In this document: piece after piece, positions 10,127 through 20,993 of the stretch
Layout: every line of letters starts with the position of its first letter
How positions within the stretch are numbered: the stretch's first letter is position 1
From: Gammaproteobacteria bacterium
GTDB lineage: Bacteria > Pseudomonadota > Gammaproteobacteria > CBDBNL01 > JAAOII01
Assembly (NCBI GenBank): GCA_965209035.1
Contig: OZ242372.1
Location: 640,001 to 704,000, forward strand
Length of the DNA stretch: 64,000 nt
Reading direction: 5' to 3'
Notes under the pieces: model-generated
What the model saw: the letters and a program-made list of their open reading frames with translations, nothing else
What the model was told of the DNA's origin: nothing
The model's database searches: none
Made by a program: the position numbers and the translations under genes

Positions 10127-11859
10127 TTAGTCGCTGAACTGGCGGCGATACAAAGAAGCATAATGTCCTTTCTTGCTCAGCAATTCTTTGTGTGATCCTT
10201 CCTCCAGGACCCGCCCCTTGTCCAAAACAATGATCTTGTCCATTTTTCTGACCGTAGAAAGACGATGGGCGATCACCAAGACCGTTCTACCCCGCATACT
10301 CTCTTCCAGCGCAAGTTGAATCTTATGCTCCGTATCCGTGTCCAAAGAGGAAGTTGCCTCGTCCAAAATTAGGATCGGCGAGTTTCTAATCAAGGCACGT
10401 GCCAAAACAATCCGTTGTTTTTGGCCGCCGGAAAGAAGAACTCCTTTTTCACCTATCACCGCATTCAATTGGTTTGGCATTTTTTCGACAAACTCCCAGG
10501 CCTGCGCTCTTTCCAAAGCGATTTTTAGTTCTTTGTCTGTCGGGTTTCTTTGCAAGCCATAAGTCAAGTTGTAACGCAAGGTATCGTCAAACAAAAAAAT
10601 GTCCTGACTGACATAAGCGATACCGGCACGCCAAGCATACAACTCCAATTCCCGCAGATCCGTATCGCCGATGCAAATCGCCCCTTTTTCTGGCTGGTAA
10701 AAACGAAACAACAGGCTAACAATTGTGCTCTTACCGCTGCCGGATTTGCCGACCAACGCATTTTTGGCGCCGCCGATAATTTTTAAGTTAAATTCTCAAA
10801 AACAGGCAACCCCTTCTTGTAAGCAAAAGAAAGATTTTTGATATGAACATCCCGATGCTGCTCTTTCGGAGTGATTAAGCCCTTGCCCGCATTTGGTTCG
10901 TAACTTAACTTGAGGTACTCGATATAATCGCGCGCCGCCTCCTCGCCCGACACCATCTTGCCTTGAATACCGGACAGACTGCGGATATGCGGACCCAACA
11001 AAAAAATGGCGGTGATGTAACCCATGAATTCACCGAATGTCGAAAAACCGACGGATTGGACATTCATTGCAACCCAAATGATGGTCGCAAAGGCGATGGA
11101 AACAACAACGGACAACAAGGGCGATAATGTTGCGGAGACCACCACCATTTTAAGAGATTGCCTCTTGTTACGAGCAATCAGTTTTTTGTATTTTTTGAAT
11201 TCGTAATCTTCGGCTGCGGATGCCTTGATTAGAGACAAGGCGCCGAAGGCATCAATCATCCGGCGCGATAACAAGACGGCCAGTTTCCGCAAGCGACCGG
11301 CAAGAACCTTAATTCTCTTTTTAAAGAAGTACATCATCACCAACAAAACGGGGACAGTTGCAAAAATGATCAGCGTCAACAACCAATTAAAGTAAAACAG
11401 GTAGCCCAAAAGAAAAATAAAGGAGATACCATCCCGTAACAGCACCGTCAAACCGGAATTCAAGGCACCCACAATTAAACCGACATTGTAATTCAATTTG
11501 TTCAGGACTTCGCCGACGGATGTTTTGTCATAAAAATTGCGGGGAAGCCACATCAGATGTCGATACATACGCACCGAGAGTTTTGCGGACACATTCACGG
11601 AAACATAGGATGCCGTTAGTCCCCCCAAAATGAGCCCTATACCGCGCATCAAAGTAACCCCAACGATACCGAGCGGGATATACCATCGCCACAAAGAATC
11701 GGGTTGCGTATAAGCATCTTCCATTTTGTGCACCAATTCCGCCATACCCACATTGCCCAGGGAAGCAAGGGCAAAAAAGATGACGGCGAAAAAATACAAC
11801 GACAGGTCTTTTTTTACATAACGGCCCAGCCCGATCAGGCCACGATAGGACTTAAACAT
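10127..11859 (-). CDS. msbA: Lipid A flippase MsbA, split by a 1-bp frameshift near 10788
   Basis: TM domain ORF 11859-10783 and ABC domain ORF (GKSGSGKS, LSGGQKQR, ILDEATS) join as FENLNLKIIGGAKNALVGKSGSGKS if one base is added; position between exbD and lpxK. Confidence 0.88.
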
Positions 11860-11877
11860 CTTAGTTAAGATAACGGA

Positions 11878-12300
11878 TCAGAATTCGGTTGCTTCGCGCG
11901 TGGTAATTCGGATATTGAAAAAACCAAGTTGCCCGGCGACATCCATTAACAACACCACCTTGCCATGGACAACCCTGGCATCCGCGGTGACTTGCAGTTC
12001 CCGCAAGTCCGACGCATCGCGCGCCCGCCTCAATGCGAGCGTCAATGTGTCGCGCCGGTTATTCGCCAACTTCTTGTCGTTCACAATATAGTTGCCGCCG
12101 GCGTCCACAATCACAGTAATTAATTCCGCCTCGCTTGCCGGATAACGCGATTGCGCCTCCGGCAGAACAACGGACAACCGATTTTCTTTAATAAAGTTCG
12201 TCGTCAGAATAAAAAACACCAGCATCATAAACACCACATCTATGAGAGGTGTCAGATTAATTTGAATATTATTTTGTTCCGGCAGTCGCGGGAATTTCAC
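11878..12300 (-). CDS. exbD: ExbD/TolR family biopolymer transport protein
   Basis: INLTPLIDVVFMMLVFF signature, AD..V.HG.VV..MD. Confidence 0.92.
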   Translation of the reverse strand: MKFPRLPEQNNIQINLTPLIDVVFMMLVFFILTTNFIKENRLSVVLPEAQSRYPASEAELITVIVDAGGNYIVNDKKLANNRRDTLTLALRRARDASDLRELQVTADARVVHGKVVLLMDVAGQLGFFNIRITTREATEF

Positions 12301-12317
12301 TTGTACTTGTTATTTCG

Positions 12318-12938
12318 TTATTTCGATCTTTTGTGCGGACGGAACATCATACTCAGTAACACGGAAGCCTGTCGCTCCATCTCCACACTGATGTCTTCCA
12401 GCCGTCTGATAAACATTCTGTGAAACACCACCGCCGGAATGGCGATGATCAAACCATAAGCAGTCGTTAGCAGTGCCTGCGAAATACCGCGCGCCATAAA
12501 GGACGGTGAGGCGGTTTCCTGAAACGAGAAAAAAACTTCTATCATTCCGAGAACCGTGCCGAGAAGACCCAACAAAGGAGAAACAACCGCCACTGTTCCA
12601 AGTGCGTTAAGAAATCGTTTCAGTTTGTTTACCTGTTGCGCCGCTTCTTCTTCCATACGCAAACTCATCTCATCGCGCCCGTATTTGGAATGATTCAACC
12701 CCGCCATCAAAATTCTGCCGAGTGGGTATCTTTGACTCATCTTATCCATTTGTTCCGAGGACAGTTGCTTACTTTCCACAAGATCCCACAGTCTGTAAAC
12801 CAGCTCCGGCGGCGCCACATTTCTTTTGCGCAGAACCCAGAGTCTCTCCAAAATAACGGCACAGCCGACCACGGAGAATAAAGTTAAAAAGTACATTACC
12901 GGACCGCCGGCAAGAAAAATTTCAAGCATAAGTGTCAA
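12318..12938 (-). CDS. exbB: MotA/TolQ/ExbB proton channel protein
   Basis: GGPVM, SPLLGLLGTVLGMI, GISQALLTTAYGL.IAIP. Confidence 0.9.
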   Translation of the reverse strand: MTLMLEIFLAGGPVMYFLTLFSVVGCAVILERLWVLRKRNVAPPELVYRLWDLVESKQLSSEQMDKMSQRYPLGRILMAGLNHSKYGRDEMSLRMEEEAAQQVNKLKRFLNALGTVAVVSPLLGLLGTVLGMIEVFFSFQETASPSFMARGISQALLTTAYGLIIAIPAVVFHRMFIRRLEDISVEMERQASVLLSMMFRPHKRSK

Positions 12939-12981
12939 ACATAATTTTCAAATGGCGATGAAACACATCGCTTTATATAAT

Positions 12982-15525
12982 TTAATGATCATAATTGAGA
13001 TGCCAATAGCGTTTATTGATCACTCGATAACCCCTATTATAAGTTATTTTTTCTCCGCCCAATTCAAAAGTTGCCGCCCCCGTTTGCCAAAGAATTAATG
13101 GCACAGAGCCAATGCTTGCGTATCGGCGCACAATGTCCGCATGCGGGTGACCGTAAGGATTAAGATATCCGGCGGCAAAGACCGCATACAGAGGACGCAC
13201 CGCCAGCACAAGCCTTTCGCCCGAGGCACCCGCACTGCCGTGGTGTGGCACCTGCAACAGATCCGCCGTTGCGTTTGCCACGGCTGCCAAAAATTGCTCT
13301 TCCGCTTTTTGCGTGAGATCTCCCGTCAACAGAAGGCGATGCTCCCCCGCCGTCACTCTGAGCACGCAAGAATTATCATTCCGGTTTTTGCTTCTTTTAC
13401 CCGGCACGGGATAGAGCAGCTCAAACAGCACCCCGTCCCATCTCCAGGATTGTCCGGCCTGACAGGGCAGGATCGGAAACCGGGAATTTGGCAGAGGGAA
13501 ATTCAGCATCAGTTCGGTCCGGCGGGTGCGCTCCAACAGATCCTCCAGGCCGCCGCTGTGATCCCGATCCCGATGGCTGACAATGATCCTGTCCGGGTCC
13601 GCCCCGCCCAGATAGCTGAGATAAGGGGCTATCACCAGACTGCCGGCCGAACTGCGCGCAGAAAAAGAAGCCCCGGTATCATAAATTAACCGATGATTGG
13701 CGGTGCGAAGATACGTCGCCAACCCCTGACCGACATCCAAAAAAGTCACTTCCAGTTTGCCGGGGGCGAGTGACTTGTCCGCGGGAAAGAACAACGGCAA
13801 AAAGAACAATATTGCCAAAAGCGCATCCGCGGCGGAACGGCGGCATAGCCAAAAGATGACCCCGACAACGGCACAAACTATGGCAAGAGCACTCGGCCGA
13901 GGGAGATGCACATAACTGCGGGGGAGACTCGCCGCCGCCGCCAAACCGTCATAACAAACATCAATGAGCCAAACAAGAGGGACCAGCGAAAGTTCGCCAA
14001 GAACCGGCAAAACAAATAACAAAAAGGTTGTAAGAAAAATCCACGGCATCAAGACAAAAGTTGTCAGAGGAATTGCTATGAGGTTAACAAAAATTCCTGC
14101 GATGGAAAACTCGTAAAAGAAAAACAAAATAAACGGCGCCAAACAAAATACCAAACTCACCTGTAAAAACAACAACGAGCGAAAAAAAGCGAGCGGGCCG
14201 GCAGCTGGGCCGGCGGACGCACCGCCAAGCCGCCGGCTTGCCAAGAGGATAAAACCGGCGGCCGCAAAAGACAACCAGAAACCGGCACCAAGTGCCGCCA
14301 AAGGATTAATCATCAACACCGCCGCCATCGCCAAGACATAAATATTCAACAGGCGATAAAAACGCCCGCAGAGCAGCAGCAACAAAAAAATACCCAGCAT
14401 GATCAACGCGCGCTGTGTCGGCAACGAGAAGCCGGCAATAACGGCATAGCACCCTATCAAAGGCAAGGTCATAAGTGCCGCCCATCCAAGCGGCGAACCG
14501 GCTGCGGAGAAAAGCGAGCCGCCGCTCAGTCGATGCAGTCTGCCAAACAAAAACATCAGGACGCCAAAAATGAAGCCACCCACCATGCTCAGATGCAAGC
14601 CGGATATGGCGATTAGATGCGAAATACCGTTGCGCCGCAACGCCAGCCTGTCCTCGGCGGATATTTCGCCACGGTCGCCGATCATCAGGGCATTCAGCAA
14701 CCCGAGCGCATGCGACGAAGCACTCTGTTGCGAAAACTTGCGTTTGATTTTCCAACGTAATTGGGCAATCGGATACCGATGGCTTTCCCCGAGGAGCCGG
14801 GGAGCCGGTTTCGGGCGAACATAGCCCTGTCCTTTAATACCGGATTGCAGCATATAACTCTCGTAATCAAAACCACCCGGGTTGCGAAACGAGTGGGGCC
14901 GGCGGATACGCATCGTTAGCCGCCATTTCTGTCCGGGAGCAATTTCCGTTCCTTCCGGCGGATCATACCAACTGAGTTGCACCCTGCGAAACGGCAAGGG
15001 CCTTGTGCCGGCTGCGGACAACAGGTTGCCGGCCGGATCCCGTAGCTCCCGGATGACGAACACGAACCGAATGCGTCTTGCGCCCGGTGTCGGCAGGTCC
15101 GCAACATAACCGACGGCCTCCAGATCTTTCTTCTGCCAGTCCGCCGGCAGAACTGTGTGTGTCCGCCACAGACCCCAGCCGCAGGACCAAACGCCGCCGC
15201 AGATCAGTGCCAGGCATACCAGCCGGATCATATGAAGACGCGGCGGACAAGACGGCAGAGGAGAAAAGGCCGCCAGGAACGCGACTAGTAAAATAACCGC
15301 GATGGTCCCGGGAGCGGGCAGTTCCGGGATCAGGCTTGCCGCAATGATCCCCATATTGAAAAAAAGCAACAACAACGCAAAAGGCACTTGCCTTAATTGC
15401 CGCGCTTGGCAGTTGTTTACCGGTCTAAAAGCGCGCATACCGCTTCCCCTTGCCACCTTGCCGTCCGCTGCTTTTGATGCCTTTGAAGTATTTGAAGTAT
15501 TTGAAGCCTCCGCAGGTTTCGTCAA
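12982..15525 (-). CDS. comEC: DNA internalisation competence protein ComEC/Rec2
   Basis: NPGGFDY, GISHLIAISGLH, GFWLSF, FLDVGQG, SH.D.DHSGG, VPHHGS MBL domain; true start may be downstream of 15525. Confidence 0.95.
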   Translation of the reverse strand: MTKPAEASNTSNTSKASKAADGKVARGSGMRAFRPVNNCQARQLRQVPFALLLLFFNMGIIAASLIPELPAPGTIAVILLVAFLAAFSPLPSCPPRLHMIRLVCLALICGGVWSCGWGLWRTHTVLPADWQKKDLEAVGYVADLPTPGARRIRFVFVIRELRDPAGNLLSAAGTRPLPFRRVQLSWYDPPEGTEIAPGQKWRLTMRIRRPHSFRNPGGFDYESYMLQSGIKGQGYVRPKPAPRLLGESHRYPIAQLRWKIKRKFSQQSASSHALGLLNALMIGDRGEISAEDRLALRRNGISHLIAISGLHLSMVGGFIFGVLMFLFGRLHRLSGGSLFSAAGSPLGWAALMTLPLIGCYAVIAGFSLPTQRALIMLGIFLLLLLCGRFYRLLNIYVLAMAAVLMINPLAALGAGFWLSFAAAGFILLASRRLGGASAGPAAGPLAFFRSLLFLQVSLVFCLAPFILFFFYEFSIAGIFVNLIAIPLTTFVLMPWIFLTTFLLFVLPVLGELSLVPLVWLIDVCYDGLAAAASLPRSYVHLPRPSALAIVCAVVGVIFWLCRRSAADALLAILFFLPLFFPADKSLAPGKLEVTFLDVGQGLATYLRTANHRLIYDTGASFSARSSAGSLVIAPYLSYLGGADPDRIIVSHRDRDHSGGLEDLLERTRRTELMLNFPLPNSRFPILPCQAGQSWRWDGVLFELLYPVPGKRSKNRNDNSCVLRVTAGEHRLLLTGDLTQKAEEQFLAAVANATADLLQVPHHGSAGASGERLVLAVRPLYAVFAAGYLNPYGHPHADIVRRYASIGSVPLILWQTGAATFELGGEKITYNRGYRVINKRYWHLNYDH

Positions 15526-15577
15526 TTTCGTTATCTTGTTACTGTGCCATATTGCCGGGCGGGGCTACCGCGCGACA

Positions 15578-16357
15578 TCACCGGGTTGCAACCTTTGGTC
15601 GCGGGCCGAACAGAGCACTGCCAATCCGCAGCATGGTCGCCCTGTGCCGAATGGCAATTTCCAAATCCGCACTCATCCCCATTGAAAGAGTGTCCCAATC
15701 CGCGGGCATCTTCTCGCCGATGGTCTCAAACAGACGGCGCATACGTTCGTAGTCTTTGCCGAGCAACTCCGTATTTTCAGTCTGCCGGGGGATCGTCATC
15801 AGCCCGCGCAAGCGCAACCATTCCATTTCGCTGATTTGGTCGCACAAAGACATGGCATCTTCGGCGGCACAACCTCCTTTTGTTTCCTCGCCGCTGATGT
15901 TCACCTGCACGCAAACATTGAGTTTGCCTTTTTCCGGCGGGCGTTGACGGTTGAGACGCCGGGCAATCTTCAAAGAGGTCACAGTTTGTGCCCAATCAAA
16001 GTGTTCGGCAATTGGTTTGGTCTTGTTGGACTGGATGCGTCCTATGTAGTGCCGACATATATCGCCAGCCGTTGTTTCCGTATTCTCCGGCTTTTCCATC
16101 TTGCTTATCTTGCTTAATGCCTCTTGCAGATAATTCTCGCCAAAATCCCGTTGCCCGAGAATACGCACGGCGGCAACCGCCTCGGCCGATTGTCCTTTGG
16201 AAACGGCAACCAACCGGATTTCCTTTTGTGTTGCGGCTGAAATACGCCGGCGCAGTTGCTCCATCCGTTCTTTAATAACCGTTACGGCGGCCGAAGAATT
16301 CGCGGAAGAATTTGCCGGAAAATTTAAAGACATTTTAGAAACACCGCTCCCCCGCAA
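15578..16357 (-). CDS. yggS: PLP homeostasis protein YggS (start probably 16333)
   Basis: LVAVSK, FGENYLQE, IG.IQSNK, GLMTIP, LSMGMS.D, RIGSALFG. Confidence 0.95.
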   Translation of the reverse strand: MRGSGVSKMSLNFPANSSANSSAAVTVIKERMEQLRRRISAATQKEIRLVAVSKGQSAEAVAAVRILGQRDFGENYLQEALSKISKMEKPENTETTAGDICRHYIGRIQSNKTKPIAEHFDWAQTVTSLKIARRLNRQRPPEKGKLNVCVQVNISGEETKGGCAAEDAMSLCDQISEMEWLRLRGLMTIPRQTENTELLGKDYERMRRLFETIGEKMPADWDTLSMGMSADLEIAIRHRATMLRIGSALFGPRPKVATR

Positions 16358-16589
16358 TGCTTTTTCTCATCCACCCGGTCATTGGTTTGATTTTTGTTAT
16401 TGTTATTATTAATGTCATCTTGCTCATATTTCGCGCTCTTTTTTGTCTATCTGTTTTTTGTTTTTTGTTTTTAATGCTTTCCTTTATTTTATAAGACGCA
16501 GCCGCATAACCGCGCAACCGCAGAAGAAACTCAAGAACATCGGCATGATCTCGCGGGCTATCTGTGATAATCTATATCTGTGCGCGGAA

Positions 16590-17300
16590 ATGAAAAAACG
16601 AATGTCTGACAAAGAAATTAAAAAGTTCAATGCTCTGGCTGCGGATTGGTGGCAACCAACCGGCAGTATGGAACCGTTACACAGAATTAACCCTTTGCGC
16701 TGCCTGTTTTTAGATACCTATGTGTCCGTGGCCGGCAAGCGTGTTCTCGACATTGGCTGCGGCGGCGGGCTGTTTGCCGAAAGTATGGCGGAAAGAGGGG
16801 CAAGAGTCACCGCCATAGATCCGGCGCCGGACCTCATAGAAGCAGCCCGTCGGCATAGTACCCAGTCGGTGCCTTCCGCCAATATTTCTTATCGGGTTGC
16901 CGAAGTGCAGGACCTAATCGCCGAAGGCGATGGGCCCTACGATATGGTCAGTTGTCTGGAGGTGTTGGAGCATACGGAGGAACCGGAAGAATTAATGAAG
17001 AGATCTGTTCAACTAATCAAGCCGGGCGGTTGGGGCTACTTCTCCACGATTAATCGCACCCCGCTTGCCTTTGCCAAGATGATTGTGGCGGCGGAATATG
17101 CGCTCGGCTGGCTGCCGCGCGGAACGCACAGCTATCGGCAGTTCATTCGCCCGTCCGAAATGGCAAGTTGTCTGCTATCTCATAAAATGGAATTAATCGA
17201 TATGAAAGGAATTACCTATGATGTTTTGCGGCGCAAGTTCGTGCTGTCTTCCAAGACAGACACGAATTATCTTCTTTTAACTCGCAAATCAGCCTCCTAA
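16590..17300 (+). CDS. ubiG: Ubiquinone biosynthesis O-methyltransferase
   Basis: EI.KF..LA..WW, LH.INPLR, VLDIGCGGG, CLEVLEH, STINRT, LPRGTH. Confidence 0.95.
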   Translation: MKKRMSDKEIKKFNALAADWWQPTGSMEPLHRINPLRCLFLDTYVSVAGKRVLDIGCGGGLFAESMAERGARVTAIDPAPDLIEAARRHSTQSVPSANISYRVAEVQDLIAEGDGPYDMVSCLEVLEHTEEPEELMKRSVQLIKPGGWGYFSTINRTPLAFAKMIVAAEYALGWLPRGTHSYRQFIRPSEMASCLLSHKMELIDMKGITYDVLRRKFVLSSKTDTNYLLLTRKSAS

Positions 17301-17314
17301 CCAAACAGGTCCCG

Positions 17315-17803
17315 GTGCGTCGTCTGTCTGTCTTTTTGTTTTGTGCCTTTGCCATCCTGGTAGCGGATCAATGGAGCAAACAGGCGGTGACCGTGGCACT
17401 CAACCAAGGAGAGCGTATCGCCGTTTTTTCTTGGCTGGACATTACACTGGCGTATAATCGCGGGGCCGCCTTCGGTTTTCTGGCAAACACCCCCTGGGCC
17501 AACCATATTTTTACCCTGGTGGCATCCGCAGCCTCCATCCTGATTCTTTATTATTTGTTTAGAAACCGAAACGCGGCTATTTTTCTGCAACAAAGTGCCT
17601 TGTCTCTCATCCTCGCCGGAGCACTCGGCAATCTTGCTGACAGGTTCAAACATGGCTATGTGACCGACTTTGTCTCCCTGCATTACGGCAATTGGTATTA
17701 TCCGAGTTTTAATGTTGCCGATGCCGCCATTAGTATCGGCGCCTGCTTTCTGCTGGCGGATGTTTTTTGGGAAACGTTCCGGTCGGTGCGAAAGAATCGT
17801 TAA
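17315..17803 (+). CDS. lspA: Lipoprotein signal peptidase II
   Basis: DQ.SK, N.GAAFG, GALGNL.DR, VTDF, FNVAD. Confidence 0.96.
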   Translation: MRRLSVFLFCAFAILVADQWSKQAVTVALNQGERIAVFSWLDITLAYNRGAAFGFLANTPWANHIFTLVASAASILILYYLFRNRNAAIFLQQSALSLILAGALGNLADRFKHGYVTDFVSLHYGNWYYPSFNVADAAISIGACFLLADVFWETFRSVRKNR

Positions 17804-17832
17804 TTCTTATTAACTCTTTAAGGCATCAACAA

Positions 17833-18903
17833 ATGGAGATCATTCTGGCAAATCCGCGCGGGTTTTGCGCGGGCGTGGATCGGGCAATTTTATTAGTGGA
17901 AAGGGCTCTGATATTGTTTGGCAAGCCCGTTTATGTCCGGCATGAAATTGTGCATAACAAGTATGTTGTTGCGGAGTTGGAAAAGCGCGGTGTCATCTTC
18001 GCGGAAGATATCCGCGAGATCCCGCCGAAAAGCACGGTGATTTTCAGCGCGCACGGCAGTTCCAAAAAAATTCGCCGGGAGGCGGAAGAACGCAGCCTCC
18101 GTATTTTTGATGCCATCTGTCCGTTGGTGACCAAAGTGCATATGGAAGTCCAAAGATTTGAACTGGAAGGCTACGAATGCATCTTAATCGGACATGCCGG
18201 ACATCCCGAAGTAGAGGGGACACTGGGGCAGTTCGGGCAGCTGCGGCAGTCCGGTGAAAAGCGAACCTCAGAACAAGCCCCCAAACAAACAGAAGCACTA
18301 ACCGAGGCATCACCGGCCAAAGGCATCTATCTGGTGGGCGACTGTTGCCAAGCCGAAACAGTGCAAGTCCGCAACCCGGCAAAACTTGCTTATGTCACTC
18401 AGACCACTCTGTCCGTGGACGATACAAAAGAAATCATCGGTGTCCTCAAACGCCGCTTCCCGCAGATCAAAGAGCCGGCAAAAGACGACATCTGCTACGC
18501 AACACAAAACAGACAGGACGCGGTCAAGTCGCTGGCCGCCAAATGCGATTTAATTCTGGTCATCGGCTCGGAGAACAGTTCCAATTCCAACAGGCTCTGT
18601 GAAATTGCCAAGAGTTACGGCAGTGTTTCTTACCTGATCAATGATGTCTCTCATATTAAAAAGAAATGGCTGGATGATGTTCGGGTTGTCGGCATTACCG
18701 CCGGGGCATCCGCACCGGAGAAACTGGTGCAAAACACTTTAGATTTTTTTCGTGCAAACTATCCGCGCTGCGTGATTCGCAATGCGCCCGGCAAGCCGGA
18801 AAATGTCATCTTTAACTTGCCCGCGGAAATTCGCGCGCTGCCGATTAAGAATATTCCCGTTTGGGAATCCTTGTCCGAGTTCGGCGCGAACGGGGCAAAA
18901 TAG
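17833..18903 (+). CDS. ispH: 4-hydroxy-3-methylbut-2-enyl diphosphate reductase
   Basis: [52 protein letters not shown]; carries a ~25-aa insertion. Confidence 0.97.
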   Translation: MEIILANPRGFCAGVDRAILLVERALILFGKPVYVRHEIVHNKYVVAELEKRGVIFAEDIREIPPKSTVIFSAHGSSKKIRREAEERSLRIFDAICPLVTKVHMEVQRFELEGYECILIGHAGHPEVEGTLGQFGQLRQSGEKRTSEQAPKQTEALTEASPAKGIYLVGDCCQAETVQVRNPAKLAYVTQTTLSVDDTKEIIGVLKRRFPQIKEPAKDDICYATQNRQDAVKSLAAKCDLILVIGSENSSNSNRLCEIAKSYGSVSYLINDVSHIKKKWLDDVRVVGITAGASAPEKLVQNTLDFFRANYPRCVIRNAPGKPENVIFNLPAEIRALPIKNIPVWESLSEFGANGAK

Positions 18904-18991
18904 CGCGCACCTCGTTTGCCGATGACGCGTTTTTTATTTTTACTTTTATTTTTACTTTTTTTACTTTTAATGCTTAGTTAATGAATAGATC

Positions 18992-19504
18992 ATGCAAAAA
19001 AATATTTTTCTAACACTTACGATCCTACTCTGCTGGGGCAGTGTTGCGATCGCCTACTTTTACTTTCAGTTGTTCGTCGGTCTGCCCCCCTGCCCTTTGT
19101 GTATCCTGGACAGGATGGTCTTGATCTTCATCGGCGTCTGTGTCGCCGGGATGCTGTTTCTGCCGGGCCTCGCCAAACGCATCGCCTATGCTCTCGCACT
19201 GCTCGGCCTGGTTGCCGGTCTTGCCGTCGGCATCCGACATGTTTTGTTGGAACGCTTGCCACACGACAGCGGCAGTTCGGGCGGCTGTATTCCACAAAAA
19301 CAGGCGCAGGGTCTGTTGGAATTTTTGACTTCCGCGTTTATTGGCACGGGAGACTGCGGGGTGGTTTATTGGACTCTGTGGGGGTTCAGCCTGGCGGACT
19401 TCACCCTCGTCCTGTATGCGGTTATTGCCTTTTTTTTATTGTTTTTGTTTCCGGCCCGTCCCGGTCGGTCCTCAAAAGGGGGGGGAATAGAGAGGGAGAA
19501 ATAA
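18992..19504 (+). CDS. dsbB: Disulfide bond formation protein B
   Basis: PCPLCILDR, four TM segments, second Cys pair (GC...GDC). Confidence 0.9.
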   Translation: MQKNIFLTLTILLCWGSVAIAYFYFQLFVGLPPCPLCILDRMVLIFIGVCVAGMLFLPGLAKRIAYALALLGLVAGLAVGIRHVLLERLPHDSGSSGGCIPQKQAQGLLEFLTSAFIGTGDCGVVYWTLWGFSLADFTLVLYAVIAFFLLFLFPARPGRSSKGGGIEREK

Positions 19505-19523
19505 GGATACTAAAAATTCGGAA

Positions 19524-20984
19524 CTAAAAGTGATAGACAAGGCCGTATTGCATCCTCAGGCGCGGATACTCGGCATTGTTGCGTCCGTTAAAGGTTTCGT
19601 GATACAAGTAGCCGATCTCATAGATAAAGTTTAGTCCTTCCCGCACCTCGTGCAGATAGTTGAAATGCAACGAGTGCAAAGACTTTGTGGCACCGCCGCC
19701 CAATGCCAGTTCGTGTTCCTCGTCTGTCAGGGTGCCACTGAGAATTAAATTGTATCTTTTGCCGAAGTCCGCGCCAAACACATAGGAATGACTCGTAACC
19801 TCCGCCAGTTTGTAATCCGTCGCCCCCCGTTGAAACACCTTGGTCGGTACCACTATATAAGACGGGTTGGGGTTGTCGCGCAGGTAGGTGCCACCGTTGT
19901 AGATGTATGCCAACTGAATGGCACTGTCGCGTAAAAAGTGCCATCGCCCGCCCAGGTGAAAGCCGGGGCTTAACACACTCAACCCGCCGGAAAGGGCCTC
20001 GTTGAGAGCCAGTTCTTCTTTCAATGCCGGCACTGGCACGGTAGAACCGCCATCGTCGGCATCGCTCCTCAGTTGTAGCAGCCCTTCGTCTTCTTCAAAC
20101 AACAGCGGCGCGTTATTGTCCAAACGGACATAACGCATTACCAGGGATACGAACCAATCCTGATCCGGCCGTTTTCGGTAATAAGTAAAAACAAAATCCG
20201 GTAACACACCGCGGGTTCGGAGACGTCGCCCAACCTTATAAATCCTCTTGTCCTCTCCATTAAGATCAACAACGTGTACGCGCGGATCGGTAAACACCGT
20301 ATGCGAGTTCAAATTATCCGCAGGCACATTCTCCGTATCAGTCAGCCCAAAGCCGCGATACACCGGATTGTTCGCCTCTTCAAAACCCAAGTAGTAATCT
20401 TCACCGAGCCTCAGTCGGATCAGGAACTGCCGCTTGTAGGGAACACCGACGGGGCCGTTGTATTCAATGAAGTGCGGATAAAAATCCTGTTGAAAATCGG
20501 TAAAAGTGGACCAGCCATAACCGAAACTCACGCTCTTGTATTCCGCCCACAATCTGTATAGGCGCGGCACAAAGGGATCTTCCCTGTCGCCTTCCATAAT
20601 GCCCTCGGCGAACACATCATGATGCTCCCCGCGGTGCCCGATACGCACCCGCGAGCCACTTAGGGTCCCGCCAAATACGGGCGTATCCGAAAGAAGAGGG
20701 CGGCAGTTTAATACATTTCCATCCTCGTCCAGATCCGTAGGAATGCAGGTATTGTCGGCATCCGGGTCACCGCCGCCGTAATCACCGAACACCGGGGTGC
20801 GGGCGGCACGCAGATATGGATCCGCATAAATACTGTCGGCAAAAACACCCACTTGCAGTTGCCCGCTTACATACCAATCGTCTTCCGATGCTTTCGGTTC
20901 GGATTCTTGTGCCGCAAGAACCGGAGGCAACAACAGAACGCAAAAAAACAGGACCGTGCAGTCACGGTAAATGCGGTATCCCAA
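19524..20984 (-). CDS. Outer-membrane beta-barrel protein, DcaP-like porin
   Basis: Signal peptide (..VLA-AQE), SR..I, RL.R..A, G..WSTF.D, RQ..IR, LPD motifs; C-terminal YGLVYHF. Confidence 0.65.
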   Translation of the reverse strand: MGYRIYRDCTVLFFCVLLLPPVLAAQESEPKASEDDWYVSGQLQVGVFADSIYADPYLRAARTPVFGDYGGGDPDADNTCIPTDLDEDGNVLNCRPLLSDTPVFGGTLSGSRVRIGHRGEHHDVFAEGIMEGDREDPFVPRLYRLWAEYKSVSFGYGWSTFTDFQQDFYPHFIEYNGPVGVPYKRQFLIRLRLGEDYYLGFEEANNPVYRGFGLTDTENVPADNLNSHTVFTDPRVHVVDLNGEDKRIYKVGRRLRTRGVLPDFVFTYYRKRPDQDWFVSLVMRYVRLDNNAPLLFEEDEGLLQLRSDADDGGSTVPVPALKEELALNEALSGGLSVLSPGFHLGGRWHFLRDSAIQLAYIYNGGTYLRDNPNPSYIVVPTKVFQRGATDYKLAEVTSHSYVFGADFGKRYNLILSGTLTDEEHELALGGGATKSLHSLHFNYLHEVREGLNFIYEIGYLYHETFNGRNNAEYPRLRMQYGLVYHF

Positions 20985-20993
20985 AATCTTTTA

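Noticed and set aside
19478-19485. G8 tract in dsbB
   Set aside because: It lies in the C-terminal tail after the last TM segment, so slippage would have little effect
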